A stretch of DNA of 63,229 nt, filler included, from Aduncisulcus paluster (GCA_024181965.1; 6 parts of 6 records of this genome joined end to end with filler, not necessarily neighbours in it); one strand, 5' to 3'; counted from the whole stretch's first letter, positions 47,510 to 59,931 are shown. The notes: generated by a model not told the origin, from the letters alone. Translations and numbers: made by a program.

Positions 47510-48311
47510 AGATGGTAACTCGGCGAAAAAAAAAAAAAATGAAAACTATACCAAGTCGAATAAGCAACATTTCTGAATTTGGAAATAACCATCATTCCTA
47601 AAAACTTCAAATGATAACTTATGAATATTTATATAATTGAATTAACAAGTTGATGCGGTATTTTCGCCCATTTTCAATTTTGAGAGCATTTGTAATTTAA
47701 TTTAATGGAGGATTAATAGCACGGTTTGATAAACTAAAACCTGAGATTGAGTTTAGAGGATGCTTTAGGAGTGTCGACTGCCTCTCAAAGTTATAGATCT
47801 AATAGATCTGATCTAGATCATATACTGTACTATACTATATTTACTATCCTATACTATGTCAGCATACACGGGTATGTGCCCTCTGCTGGTGCTCCGAGCA
47901 CTGATAGGCCCCTACATATTAATACCGCAAGACAAGTATACGGGTGACAATAGGTTTATTCCGGAGATCGTGTTCTCATGGCATGAGGCATGTACATCTC
48001 ATAGTATTGTTGTCATCATTAGGTATGAACTGGGGTTTACCTTTGAGGGATAACCGAGATACTCATTATGAGTATACCTCATTGAAAAGCCCTTGGCCTC
48101 AATCTCTGAGATCAAATAAAGTGTACGGTGTTAATTTTTATTTGTGAATCGTATTTTATAAATTGAGATTTTTGACCTGTAGTTAGCCTAACTATTTTTA
48201 GAATTATAAAGTCAAAAAAAAAAAAAAAAATCTCGGTTTTCCCCGATTAACATCTTAATAGAAAGCTTTTTCTCACTTTTCTTCTTAATATCATTAACAG
48301 AATAGATATAA

Positions 48312-51300
48312 ATGACTCGATCTTCGAAAGTATGTGTATGATATTGACAATACGTTATCTCCTTCAATATGAATTATTGATCCATCACTAACATTTTTTT
48401 TCATGAAAATATTCCATGTTAAATAATATTATCTCTTTAGGTTCAAATTATTAAACCCAAATTCCTCCATATAGGAGATGTCGATTGTATCCCAATTCCT
48501 CGAGATTATTTGACCATTTTGAGTCCAAATTTCGGAAAAATTAAGGCAAAAATATTTGGAGAAACATGGTTTTGTTGGAGGGCACCAAAAGTTGTGAATA
48601 TGCTGGTAGGAGGGCAAAATATGAAGGACTTTACGCATATCTACATTCCTTTCTCGATTTCTACTGCGATAAAAGGGGCTTATATTTGTCTATCTAGTTT
48701 GACTTCGCCCCCATCCCATCTTATTTTCTCTTTCACTTCTTCAAAGAAAGAAAGAATCTTTAAAAGATATGAATTTCCTGAATTAAAGAGAGATTGTTAC
48801 TGGTTCTTCTTATCAATTGATCTTTTAGACGTCGTTTTGTGTAAAATCGAAGGGAAAACTCGGGAAGATGAACCCTACGTTATCCGATCTCTTTGTTTTG
48901 TGAGAGAAGAAACGCCTCATGAAGCAAATGATCGTATATCCAGAGAGAAACTATGGTCTGATGCTCTGACAGTGGAATCAATGTTTGTAAAGGAAGGAGA
49001 TCTTATGTCAAAAGGTAGAGATTCAGTTCCAATTCCTCGTCTTGATCCAAAGGTTATAAACCCTGCATTCTTAATGGTTTCCGGAACAAAAAAAATATTT
49101 TCCAAGGAATCAATACATTATGATCAAAGTTTAGATGCTCATAAAATGTTGAAAGGCGAAGGTTTTGTTGAATTATCCCATATCTCCATCCCCTTCCCTT
49201 TTCCAAGTGACCTACAAGGTGCTTATNNNNNNNNNNNNNNNNNNNNCAGAGAGAAACTATGGTCTGATGCTCTGACAGTGGAATCAATGTTTGTAAAGGA
49301 AGGAGATCTTATGTCAAAAGGTAGAGATTCAGTTCCAATTCCTCGTCTTGATCCAAAGGTTATAAACCCTGCATTCTTAATGGTTTCCGGAACAAAAAAA
49401 ATATTTTCCAAGGAATCAATACATTATGATCAAAGTTTAGATGCTCATAAAATGTTGAAAGGCGAAGGTTTTGTTGAATTATCCCATATCTCCATCCCCT
49501 TCCCTTTTCCAAGTGACCTACAAGGTGCTTATATTTGTTTAGATGGGTTATCGTCATACGGACTTTCTTTTCTCTTCACAATGTCTGATGGATCGATGAT
49601 TTCCAGAAAATATACTCCCAATCTCCTCTCAATTGGGCTTCGGCACGATTTCAACTGGTGGTTTTTTCCAATCGATTTGCACAATGTTGTTTTATGTGAG
49701 ATTCAAAAACAGAATAGGTTAAACCCAAATAGCATGGAGATTTTTCGAATTTTTTCGCTCGTTTTCATTCAATCTGACAAACAAAAAATATCAATTATTG
49801 ACTCGATGAAGAAAGAAAGAGCTGAAGAGAAGCTAAAACAATCTTTAAGAAAACAAAAATTACTTGGAGTTAAAACATCTGAGCTCAAGCAAGCAATTCC
49901 TTCAATTTCTGTATCTCCCCCGAGTTCGCGTCCAAGTGTGCCACTTCTTTCGAGAATGTTGAAGCCGTCTAGTATTGAGAGTGTCAAATCCACAAATCCA
50001 GACAAATCTATTGATGGGACAATTGTGCGCCCTATGTTTGTTCACAAAGGATACATTGATTGTTTTCCAATATCTAGAAATGAACCCATTGTAATGAATC
50101 CTTCTTTCCGAAATATAAAGGCAAAAGACGAAACTAGGGGGAAAGGTGAAGAAAAATATTATCAGAGTGAAAACGCACAAAATATGATGGAAGGAAACTA
50201 TCAAGATGGAAGTTTTACATATATTTCAATTCCATTCTCTCCGGCTGTGCCCATGAAAGGTGCCTATATCTGTCTTACCTCAAGTCAATATCCTCCTGCT
50301 AATCTCACTTTCACTTTCACAAAAGTTGATTCTGAAGTCATAACGAAGAAGTATGAATTTCCCAGAATTGTCGGAATGTATTGGTATTTTCTCCCCATTG
50401 ATATCTCTGAAGTTGTTCTATGTGAAATCTCAGGTAAAGGAAGAGAAACAAAGTTTTTCGGAATTGCTTCCCTTGGTTTCATTCGTGAGGAAACACTAAA
50501 AGAAACTCAAGTCCGTGAATCTAGAGAAAAACTCTGGTCTGAATCTTCAATTGTAAGTACTGAATTTGTGAAAGGAGACGCCAAAGCACCTCCTATTCCA
50601 CGAGATGATCCAAAACTCATAATACCTTCAATCGCTCATGCAAAGGGAACCTGTGATAATTATTCAAAGGAATCTAGAAGTTACAATTCTGCGTTTGCAA
50701 AAAAAATGTTGGAAGGAAAATGTTCTGTAGCGTTGTCTCATCTTTCAATCCCGTTTACATCCCCAAGTTCCATGAAAGGTGCGTATATCTATGTGTGCAA
50801 TTCATTAGGTCCACCATTCCTTTTCTTCACTTTCACACATTCAATTGGCAAAAAGACATACAAGAAGTATAAATTCTCAAGGCTTGAATATGCTCATGAA
50901 TGGCACTTTCTTCCCATAGGATTGGACGATGTTATTCTGTGTGAGATTGAAGGCAAGGGATCATGGAATGTTAAGAATAGTAGAAAATTTTCGATTGATA
51001 GCCTATTATTCATTCGAAAAGAACATATTCCTGACCATATACGTCTTTCTCCCGTCACAACCGAGGAGCCTTCAATATCTGTTAAGGAAGAAGAAGAACC
51101 TGAGACAAAGAAAGAGATGTTTTCCAAACAATCTGAGAAACAAACCCCCCCCTCAGTGCTCAAATCCTCATATCATCAGGATAAAGAGGATGAAACACAT
51201 ACCAAGGAATCTGAAAAGGACCTTAGAAAGGAATCTGAAAAAGAATCGGCAAAGAAAATCGAAAAGGAAGAAGCCAAGACAAAATCCCGAGAAGAATCCA

Positions 51301-51683
51301 AACATAAACCCAAGCACGACTCGATAACCCTGATATCTGCATCCACCATCACTCCCCAGTGCATTATTGGCAGTGGTGGGTTCGGAGAGGTTCTTCTTGT
51401 CAAAGTTGATGGCATTCCTTTCCCATGTGTTCTGAAGAAGATGCTTCGGATTGCGGATGAAACTGTTGTGAAAGGGTGTCGGAAGGAGTTCAAAGTACAA
51501 CTCAAGTTGTTCAACAATCCCAAATGTTTCAACCGTATCCCACGTCCTCTGTATATCCTTGACCTGCTTGATTGCGATATGAAAGGTGTGTATGGCTTCT
51601 TGATGGAGTTCTGTGTTGGAGGCAGTGTGAGTGCGTTTGCCAAGCGTTGGTGTGCTGATGGCAAGTATGTGAGTGTTGATGAT
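48312..51683 (+). CDS. Tandem-domain (PIPRDDP family) protein with a C-terminal Ser/Thr protein kinase, 3'-truncated; intron 48330-48440
   Basis: Exon 1 (MTRSSK) is followed by a GTATGT..TTTAG intron. There are four repeat units, then kinase subdomains IGSGGFGEV, VLKKM, KEF and LMEFC.GGS. Confidence 0.85.
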
Positions 51684-51783
51684 NNNNNNNNNNNNNNNNN
51701 NNNNNNNNNNNNNNNNNNNNNNNNNNNTTAATTAATTAANNNNNNNNNNNNNNNNNNNNNNNNNNNNNNNNNNNNNNNNNNNN

Positions 51784-52612
51784 GAAGCGAATCACCCAAG
51801 CAACCAAAGAATGGTATTCCGCCGAAGAAAAGCGTAAACAAGATCTCCGTGCTGCTGCTGTCGAGGAGAGAAAGCGTGAGCGCCAGCGTTTGGAAGAGGC
51901 ATCCCGTCAGCGTTCCGATGATGATGCTGCCCTGAAGAAGGCCCGTCAAGAACTTGCCGATTCCTTCGAGCGTCAGATTGCTGCCGATAAGCAAAGAAAG
52001 GCCGCCAGGGTTGCCTCTGATCGTGAATTGACCCTCACTTCCCCCGTCTTCACTGGGATTGTGTATGACGAGCAAGAACAGGCCGCTAAAGCTAAACAAT
52101 ACAAGATCGACCTTGAGCGTCAACGCCTTGAAAGCCGAGAGCGTGGCCGTCGTGAGCATGAAGAAGATGTCCGTCGTGAACGTGATGCTGCCGCGAAGCT
52201 TGCTCAAGACATCGAGACAAAGCAGCAAAGACAGCGTGAAGAGTATGCAAAGAGACGTGAGCGTGAAAGGAAATATTTGGAGGATGCCATGAAGAAACAC
52301 CGTGAACAGAAAGAGATGGAGAAACAACGTGACCGTGAACTCGTGCGTATCAAGGAACAAAAGGATCGCGAAGCCTTTTTGCAAGAGCAACGTGCTGAGA
52401 AAGTTGCAAAGAAGAAGGCCATGCTCGACACAAGGTCAGCACTTGAACACCAAATTGAGGAGAAGGCCGAAATCCGCCAACTTGAAAAGGCTCTCGATGA
52501 TTTACAGACCACAACAATGAGCCTTGAGCATGTTTGTGCTACTGAGAACTGTGATCGTTGTGGAAGGACTGTTCCAGTGGGAAAATTGAGTTATCTCCCA
52601 AACTCTGAATAA
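51784..52612 (+). CDS. 3' part of a trichohyalin-like coiled-coil (possibly axonemal) protein
   Basis: E/R/K/Q-rich open frame from the scaffold start, with codon bias similar to the ribosomal protein genes in this window. Confidence 0.65.
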
Positions 52613-52772
52613 TCAATTATTTTTCATCTTGGTTTCTTAATTTGTTAATATTACTTAATATTCTATTTCCTTGAATAAACATTTTCTTTATTTATCTTCA
52701 TTATGTTTTAATTTTTTACTTTTGTTGTTTTGTCTGACTTTGGCAAACCTTTGATCATTAAAAGTTTGCATT

Positions 52773-53885
52773 ATGGATAATCCGTGTGAATTTGCTCACA
52801 ATTTAATTTCAGAACTGTCAGACATCCGCTCTCAACCAAGTAAGTGCAAAAAAACTCTTGATCTTATAGCTTCATGGTTTTCCCTTAAATTTCAACGTAT
52901 AGATCCAACTAAAACTTCCCCAAAAATACAGGATTTGCATTTGTTTCGTGAAAGTTTGGAGTATTATGAACCTATACCCGATCTCTGGTTAGAAGAGGGA
53001 TTGTGTCTTTCGGCACAAATGTGTGCGAACTCTGTTGCTTCTCTTGATTCTCCAGCTGTTTTTGAAAAATATAAACGGGAACTTCTTTCAGGAAACACTA
53101 CTACTAAAGTTCCTCCAATATTATCGAAACTATCCTCGAATCAGAGAGTTAATCTCTGTGGTGACGCTGGATCCCTTGGAACAGAAATAATATATTCTGC
53201 TACAAGTCTTCAACATGCTCTGTATGCTCTTATTTTAGATTTTGCTTCCTCAAAAAAGACCAACCGCAAAGCTATATTTGACCCTAAAATGAGGTTCGGT
53301 GGTGTAGGTATCGCTCTTTGTGAGTATTGTGAAGGCATCTCAGATGTATCAGAATCCTCCAGTAGCACTTTATCATATCCCACTGATAAGGGCCCAATGC
53401 CCCATGTTTCTGCGGTTAAAACAGCCACATTAACGAAACAATTACGATCAAGCAAACCTTCAAATCCAAAAGACTCAATATTTCATGCACAACGCTACGT
53501 TATAGTTATTCATCTCTCGCCTCGCTTTGCGCCCAAAATATCAAAAATTGAAGAATATAAAAAGCGGCTTTCGATAGTGTCGTATCCTCCGTTTCATCCA
53601 GAGAGATGCTTCAAGTGTCATCTTAGACTTGCTGGCTTGAACTTTGCGAGTGTTGGTCCACACAGATTTCACTTAAAATGCTCCCCCTTCAAATGTTCCA
53701 TTTGTGGGAAAATCATGGACACAGACGAAAAAGCTGTATACGGTGGCCATGGTGGAATGGAAATAGTTCATGATTATTGTGCCATGCAACAAGAAGAAGC
53801 ATATTTAACGAAGTTGAAGGCTGCTAAGCCTCCTCCAAAAGTTAAGAAGATTAAAAAGAAACCCATCAAAAAGCCAGCCAAATAA
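52773..53885 (+). CDS. CAP (SCP) domain protein with a C-terminal LIM-like zinc finger
   Basis: GLCLSAQ..A and ALILD..S..KTNRKAIFDPKMRFGGVGI (CAP), followed by CFKC...FHLKC..CSICGK (LIM-like). Confidence 0.65.
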   Translation: MDNPCEFAHNLISELSDIRSQPSKCKKTLDLIASWFSLKFQRIDPTKTSPKIQDLHLFRESLEYYEPIPDLWLEEGLCLSAQMCANSVASLDSPAVFEKYKRELLSGNTTTKVPPILSKLSSNQRVNLCGDAGSLGTEIIYSATSLQHALYALILDFASSKKTNRKAIFDPKMRFGGVGIALCEYCEGISDVSESSSSTLSYPTDKGPMPHVSAVKTATLTKQLRSSKPSNPKDSIFHAQRYVIVIHLSPRFAPKISKIEEYKKRLSIVSYPPFHPERCFKCHLRLAGLNFASVGPHRFHLKCSPFKCSICGKIMDTDEKAVYGGHGGMEIVHDYCAMQQEEAYLTKLKAAKPPPKVKKIKKKPIKKPAK

Positions 53886-54336
53886 TTCTTATGAGGGTGA
53901 TTTCAAGAAAGAGGAAGAATCTTCGAAGATCCATCCACTCTTTCTGTCAGGATTGAGCCTTAGTCTTACATATTGACTCCAATAAATCGATTCATCTTAT
54001 GTAGATGCGAATATTGACTCTAGGGTGGTACCCAATTTGCTCGGTTAAAGTTTAATCGTTCAACCGAGTCGAGTTTGCTGTAAATCTATTAATTCTATTT
54101 TCTATTTGGTTCATATTTTTTGTCTAAAGTGCTGTATACCACTATTTTTATGTTGTATGTCAATTATCCTACTCTATTGTCCGTTTGTCACTATTCTTAT
54201 GCTTACTGTGTGAATACTTATTTTTTAAAAAAAATTGTTTATTATATTGTTTAGTATATTGTTATATCTGATCTTGTATATATTCTTATTGTTTCTAATT
54301 AACTATCGGAACTTCTGGGGTTTGAAATCGAGGGAT

Positions 54337-54851
54337 ATGAATTCCTCTTCAGCTGTTCAAATTGTGAAACCTAAGATTGTTTATATATTATATAAGGAAA
54401 ATGGGGGTATTGTCCAATTCCTCGAACTTCTAGCATTTTCAATATTCCAGAATTTCCGCTAAATTAGTCAATGCCAAAGAGTAGAGGCAGAATATGATAG
54501 AAATGATGTATAGAGTGTAATCAAAAGCAATGATGAAAGGAGAGTGGAATTGTGTTTCATTCAAATATCCATTCCTTTGATTTCAAGTTCCTATATATGT
54601 TTATGTAGTTCCTCGAAGTTAGGAGAGTATAAGGATGTTAAAGCGAGGAGAATTTGTGCGTTTGTCCCATCTTTCCGTCCCTTTTCCATCTCACTTAGCC
54701 CAATGAAAGGTGCTTATATCTGTGGTTTCAAAGTTGAAAGTTCACCTTGTCTTTTTTCTTTCTCTATTTCTGATGGCAAGAAGACCCACAAGAAGCATGA
54801 ATTCAATGATCTTGACCATGATTATGAATGGCACTTCCTTCCTATCGATTT
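54337..54851 (+). pseudogene. Decayed copy of the PIPRDDP tandem-domain family
   Basis: VQIVKPK, PMKGAYIC and YEWHFLPID motifs are spread across frames with stops. Confidence 0.7.
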
Positions 54852-54951
54852 NNNNNNNNNNNNNNNNNNNNNNNNNNNNNNNNNNNNNNNNNNNNTTAAT
54901 TAATTAANNNNNNNNNNNNNNNNNNNNNNNNNNNNNNNNNNNNNNNNNNNN

Positions 54952-57078
54952 TGTGCAATGACCCTGACTGCGCTATTCTCTCGTGAAGACGCATTCTCAA
55001 TAGCTTCAGTGTTTATTCTGCTTATTATCCCTCTCCTGTACATCATTCCCTTGACAATTGATACAGGAAGTGTCGACAAGAAGGTTAACAATGTATTCTT
55101 TGCTATTCTGATCATTTTGGTGCCTGGGTTTGGTGCACAGCATGTGATCACTTTGCTGGAATCACCTGAATATGGACAGCCCATTGTTCCTGGCGGATCT
55201 CCTTTGATGCCCCCTATCTGGACTGGGATAGTTGGTGTTGGGTGGCAGTTTGTGTTCCTCTGTGTCCTTGCTCTGGTCGGAGATAACTCTTGGAAGACAT
55301 CCACAAACAACCCTATTCCTGTGAAACTATCCCTGATGAGCATGTTTGCCCCAACCTATGTCACTCTTGGAGGACACAAACATCATCATCAGAAGAAACC
55401 ATCGGTTGGAACCGGTAGTGGAACCGGCAGTGGTACACTTCCTGGATCTGGAGATGCCGAAATTGAGATTGAAGATTCGTCTCTTCAAGCTGGTCTGATG
55501 CAAGGAGTTGTTGATAACAAGGTGCTTCGATTGGAGAATATCACCAAGATATACGATTCCCGCAGTGAAAATTGTTGCAAGAAGAAGAAAGCGGAGGAAG
55601 ATGCAGGGACTAGTGGTAAGAATAGTTGTCTCAAGAAGAAGAAACCAGCTGCTGAGAAAGACGGTGAGAAAGAAGGAGATGAAGAAAAGAAAGAGAAGAG
55701 AGAAAGAGAAAAGGCTGTCAACTCTCTTTCACTCTCCCTATCGAACGGTATGATCGTCTCTTTATTAGGTCACAATGGAAGTGGAAAGTCAACTACCGTA
55801 AAAATGATGATGGGAGACGAGAGTATCACAGATGGATCTTGTTCCTTGTTCAACACTAACCCTCGTGATCTCATATGTTGCTCTAATTTCACAAGAGATG
55901 GTAGAATACCCGTGTCCGTGTGTCCACAGGTTGACCCATTACATCCTGATACCCGTGTGAAACATATCATTCATTTGATATGTCAGCTCAAGGCTACCCT
56001 CTGCGGTCACTATCACTACACTAGCTTATCTTCCTCCTCCTCCCCATCTCCTTCTGTCTGTCAAGCCCCTGGAGCGGATGGATCTATTGTTGGAGAGCGG
56101 ATTCTCTCTTCCTCTTCCTCCTCTTCTCTCTCTTCTTCTACACCCGTTCGTCTCACTTCAAAGATGTTAGAGGAGGCCAGTGAAGCTCTTGAGCGCCAGT
56201 GCCTTGACTTGGTGAGTGAATGTGGTCTCACAAACGAGGACATTGAGACAAAGAAATTCAAAGAATTGTCAGGAGGAATGAAGAGGAAATTGACTCTCTG
56301 TCTGACTCTCATAGGGAGTCCAAGAATCATGTTTCTTGACGAGTGCAGTAGCGGTGTGGATATCTCTTCTCAACGAGAAATGTGGGCACTGATACAGAGC
56401 AAACGTGCTGACTCACTCATTATTTTGACAACACATAGTATGGAAGAGGCAGATGCTCTCGGAGACGTCATTATTGTGCTTGCCAAGGGAGAGTTGTCTG
56501 CTGCTGGAACACCTGTGTGGCTTAAGAACACATTCTCTGCTGGATTTTGTATGGATATCACTCCCATTGGTGCTTCCTCTTCTTCCTCTCCTTCTTCTCC
56601 ATTGGGATCTCCTCGGATGCTATCAACCCTCTATTCTGATGTCATTGATGCTCTTAGAGCTGGTCTTGAGGGTCTTCCTTGGTCTCCTGATGTGTCCAGA
56701 CTGAGGAAAGATGTTGTTCCGACCGCATCCACACCGATTGGTTTGGAAGAAAAAGAAAAAGGAGAAGGAGAAGAAGAAGAAGAAGAAGTAAGAAGAGAAC
56801 AAACTGAGGTTTTACCAGGACTCATTGTGAAGATTGAGAAAGAGAAAGTTCGTGTTACTATGTCTCTGTCCATTTCAAACAATGTCCCCGATATTATTGA
56901 GATTCTTGAGAAGATGGAACGTGAGAAGAAATGTGGAGCCGCCAAGTTCCTAACTGCTTCACTTGAAAGTGTTTTCCTTGCTCTTGCAGGACTTGAGGAT
57001 GACGCAGAGGATATACACGTCGATGAAGATGTTGTGAAGATATCTGAGGATAGGATTGAGGAAGGAATTGTTCAGTAG
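54952..57078 (+). CDS. ABC transporter subfamily A, 5'-truncated
   Basis: Walker A (GHNGSGKST), signature LSGGMKRKL, FLDECSSGVD and LTTHSMEEADALGD, with upstream TM helices. Confidence 0.9.
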   Translation, partial: CAMTLTALFSREDAFSIASVFILLIIPLLYIIPLTIDTGSVDKKVNNVFFAILIILVPGFGAQHVITLLESPEYGQPIVPGGSPLMPPIWTGIVGVGWQFVFLCVLALVGDNSWKTSTNNPIPVKLSLMSMFAPTYVTLGGHKHHHQKKPSVGTGSGTGSGTLPGSGDAEIEIEDSSLQAGLMQGVVDNKVLRLENITKIYDSRSENCCKKKKAEEDAGTSGKNSCLKKKKPAAEKDGEKEGDEEKKEKREREKAVNSLSLSLSNGMIVSLLGHNGSGKSTTVKMMMGDESITDGSCSLFNTNPRDLICCSNFTRDGRIPVSVCPQVDPLHPDTRVKHIIHLICQLKATLCGHYHYTSLSSSSSPSPSVCQAPGADGSIVGERILSSSSSSSLSSSTPVRLTSKMLEEASEALERQCLDLVSECGLTNEDIETKKFKELSGGMKRKLTLCLTLIGSPRIMFLDECSSGVDISSQREMWALIQSKRADSLIILTTHSMEEADALGDVIIVLAKGELSAAGTPVWLKNTFSAGFCMDITPIGASSSSSPSSPLGSPRMLSTLYSDVIDALRAGLEGLPWSPDVSRLRKDVVPTASTPIGLEEKEKGEGEEEEEEVRREQTEVLPGLIVKIEKEKVRVTMSLSISNNVPDIIEILEKMEREKKCGAAKFLTASLESVFLALAGLEDDAEDIHVDEDVVKISEDRIEEGIVQ

Positions 57079-57112
57079 AGAATATGTAGTCAACCTGAAT
57101 ATCCAACAAATC

Positions 57113-57113
<1 letters not shown>

Positions 57114-57143
<30 letters not shown>
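57114..57143. repeat. (TTA)n microsatellite downstream of the ABCA gene
   Basis: Directly visible. Confidence 0.9.
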
Positions 57144-57971
57144 CTCAAAAGATAACAATAGAGTTGAAATTGAGAATCATTGATATCCAACTCTCTATCC
57201 AACTCTCTATCTTATTTCTTGATTAATGTTTTAAAATAGTTCTTCCTCTTTTTTGTTCCTTATTCTATGTTTTATTAATATATAATATATCGCAGCTCTT
57301 GATCTCTATGAATGGATTGATTTGTGTATTGAATTGATCTAATCTTGCAGTAAGTAATTCGAACATAGGGTGAAATTGCTCTATTTAAAAATAAAATCCT
57401 TAAACAATCTGGATCTATCCATATAACACAAGAAAAATGTTAATTTGTGTAACGGAGAAAATTATGAAGGAAATAGGGGATTTTCAAAATCATCGAAAGA
57501 GTAAAACGAGGATTTAGTGATAATTAATGGTTTTATATAATTGATATATGTTCTAATTCATAAGAGATAGAAGTGGAATTGGCATTTTCAGTTAAAACAG
57601 TTTCTTAACTATATCAAATCACAATCGTCGATGTAACAGATTGTATAAAGGGTTTTAAAGTAATATTCATTTGAAATAAGAGTGAATTGTTTTCCAAAAT
57701 GAAAATAATTAAAGAAAGCCGTTTTGATCCCATTCAAAGGGTATTTTTATGGGAATGAACCCTTCAACTCCTTTACCATCNNNNNNNNNNNNNNNNNNNN
57801 ATTGGCATTTTCAGTTAAAACAGTTTCTTAACTATATCAAATCACAATCGTCGATGTAACAGATTGTATAAAGGGTTTTAAAGTAATATTCATTTGAAAT
57901 AAGAGTGAATTGTTTTCCAAAATGAAAATAATTAAAGAAAGCCGTTTTGATCCCATTCAAAGGGTATTTTT

Positions 57972-59931
57972 ATGGGAATGAACCCTTCAACTCCTTTACC
58001 ATCCACATTAAATTTAGTTTCAAAAGCTAAGACTTTTTCTGATGATGCCACTCTCTCTAAGACTCAATCCCACCTCATAAATGGGGTTACCATTGAAATA
58101 TGTTATGTAGTTACAGGATGTCGAGGTGCTTATAACTTTTATATTATAAAATGCGGTAATTATGCGGCCATTATTGATTCAGGTGATCGTGGTTGTAATT
58201 GGAAGGTTCATAACATTGTAAAGCGTTATCTTTTGGATTGTGATTATATTGAGTATTTTGAAACTCATAATGACTTAGATCACTACTATTATCGTGGTTT
58301 CATAACAGAACTTGTTGAAAGGAAAAATGGTCACGTATATATTCGTCCAAAAGGAGAGTTTGATTCTTTTGTTTCATATTGCTGCGAAAAAGAAAGAGGA
58401 TTTGAATGGGTTGATGCGTTTTCTTCTAGATGTGGAAATAATTGTGTTCTATCCCGTCCTTCTTCAAAGTCCCCTATTCCATGCCCTTTCGATATTAAAT
58501 TATTCATCCCCTCGCCCCATGCTAGTGAAAATGCCAATTCAATATTAGTTTTCTTCTCACATCCCCTTTCTGTTCAATCGAAGTCCTCATCGTCATCAAC
58601 ATCTTCTTATTCTTATCCAAGTGGTAATCCTACCATTCAGACCCCCATCATATCGTCTCCATTGAGTCCATCTGTCAGTCATAGAATCCATCAGGAACCC
58701 ATATCATCTTCCATGCCTTCCCCTCACCCTTCTCTCCTTTCTCCTGTTCCATCAGTCTCCATTCCCTCAGTTCCTTCAACACAGCCATTCACAGCATTCT
58801 TCACAGGAGACATGGTGTATTATACGGCCGATCGCTTGAACACAATGACATTCTTTGGGAAAGATTTTTTGTCTAGACACGGTGTTTCCAGTAGCATATT
58901 CCTAACTGCCCCTCACCACGGGTCAAAACGTTATTCCCATGAATTCTTCTCTCTGTGTGTGAGTGGCCGTGTCCTCAGTGTTCCTTCTGGGGGATCTCTC
59001 TCCTCAAAGAAAAAAGATAACTTCAGTTTACAGTGGGATACGTATGGCCGCCGAGAGTGGATAATTGCTATGAGAAATAGAGGAGCACATGAATTAATAT
59101 CAATCTTAAAACAATTGAACGTTATGAAAATAATTGAAGATTCAATCGTCCATATGGATTTGGATGGACAAATATCGTTGGATGAAAAAGAAACTGAAAT
59201 AGCAGCCACGTGCAGCTCGGCGTGTTGTTGTTCTCCTTCTTCTCCTTCTTCCTCTTCTCCTTCTTCTTCTTCTTCTTCTTCTTTACACTCTCCTTGTTCC
59301 ATTTGTGATCCATCTCTTATAAAAACTATAATCCATTGCTTGGCACATGTCCCTGCACTTGCATATGTTCACAATACAAATGAAACATGCTTAACTCCCC
59401 GATTATATTCATTTGTACAGGCATTTATGTCTGTTTCAAGGGCAGATCCCACCAAATATTTGGAAGATATCTCATTGGTCCTGGAATATTTTGATTCTGC
59501 CCTCTGCAGATATGAGAAGTTGATTGAAAAGTTTATTACTGGTAAGAAACCAGATGAAAAAGACACGAAAGAAACAGGGAAAGAGAAAGAAACAGAGAAA
59601 GAGAAAGAGAAAAAGATAGCAATATTTGATGAAAGTGATGACTCTGAAGAAGAAGAAGAAGTGCATAAAAAAGAAGAATCGGATGGAATAATTGGTGATT
59701 TGAAAGAAAGGAAAGATCAAACAATTACTCAGCAACATACTAAACCATTATGTGAAACTGATCTTGATGGTTATGATAAGAAACAATCCATTGAAAGAGC
59801 GGAAGAGGAAGGGGAAGGAGATGTTGCAGCATCTAAAGAATCTTCAACACAAATCGATCAAGACACTTCTTCTTCTTCTCTCCCTGCTGTTAAATCTTTA
59901 GATGATGATGCAGAGAAGAATGATCCAGAAC
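57972..59931 (+). CDS. Metallo-beta-lactamase-fold hydrolase of the ComEC/Rec2 type, 3'-truncated
   Basis: AIIDSG, THNDLDH, NANSI, FTGD and APHHGS motifs occur in canonical order. Confidence 0.75.
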
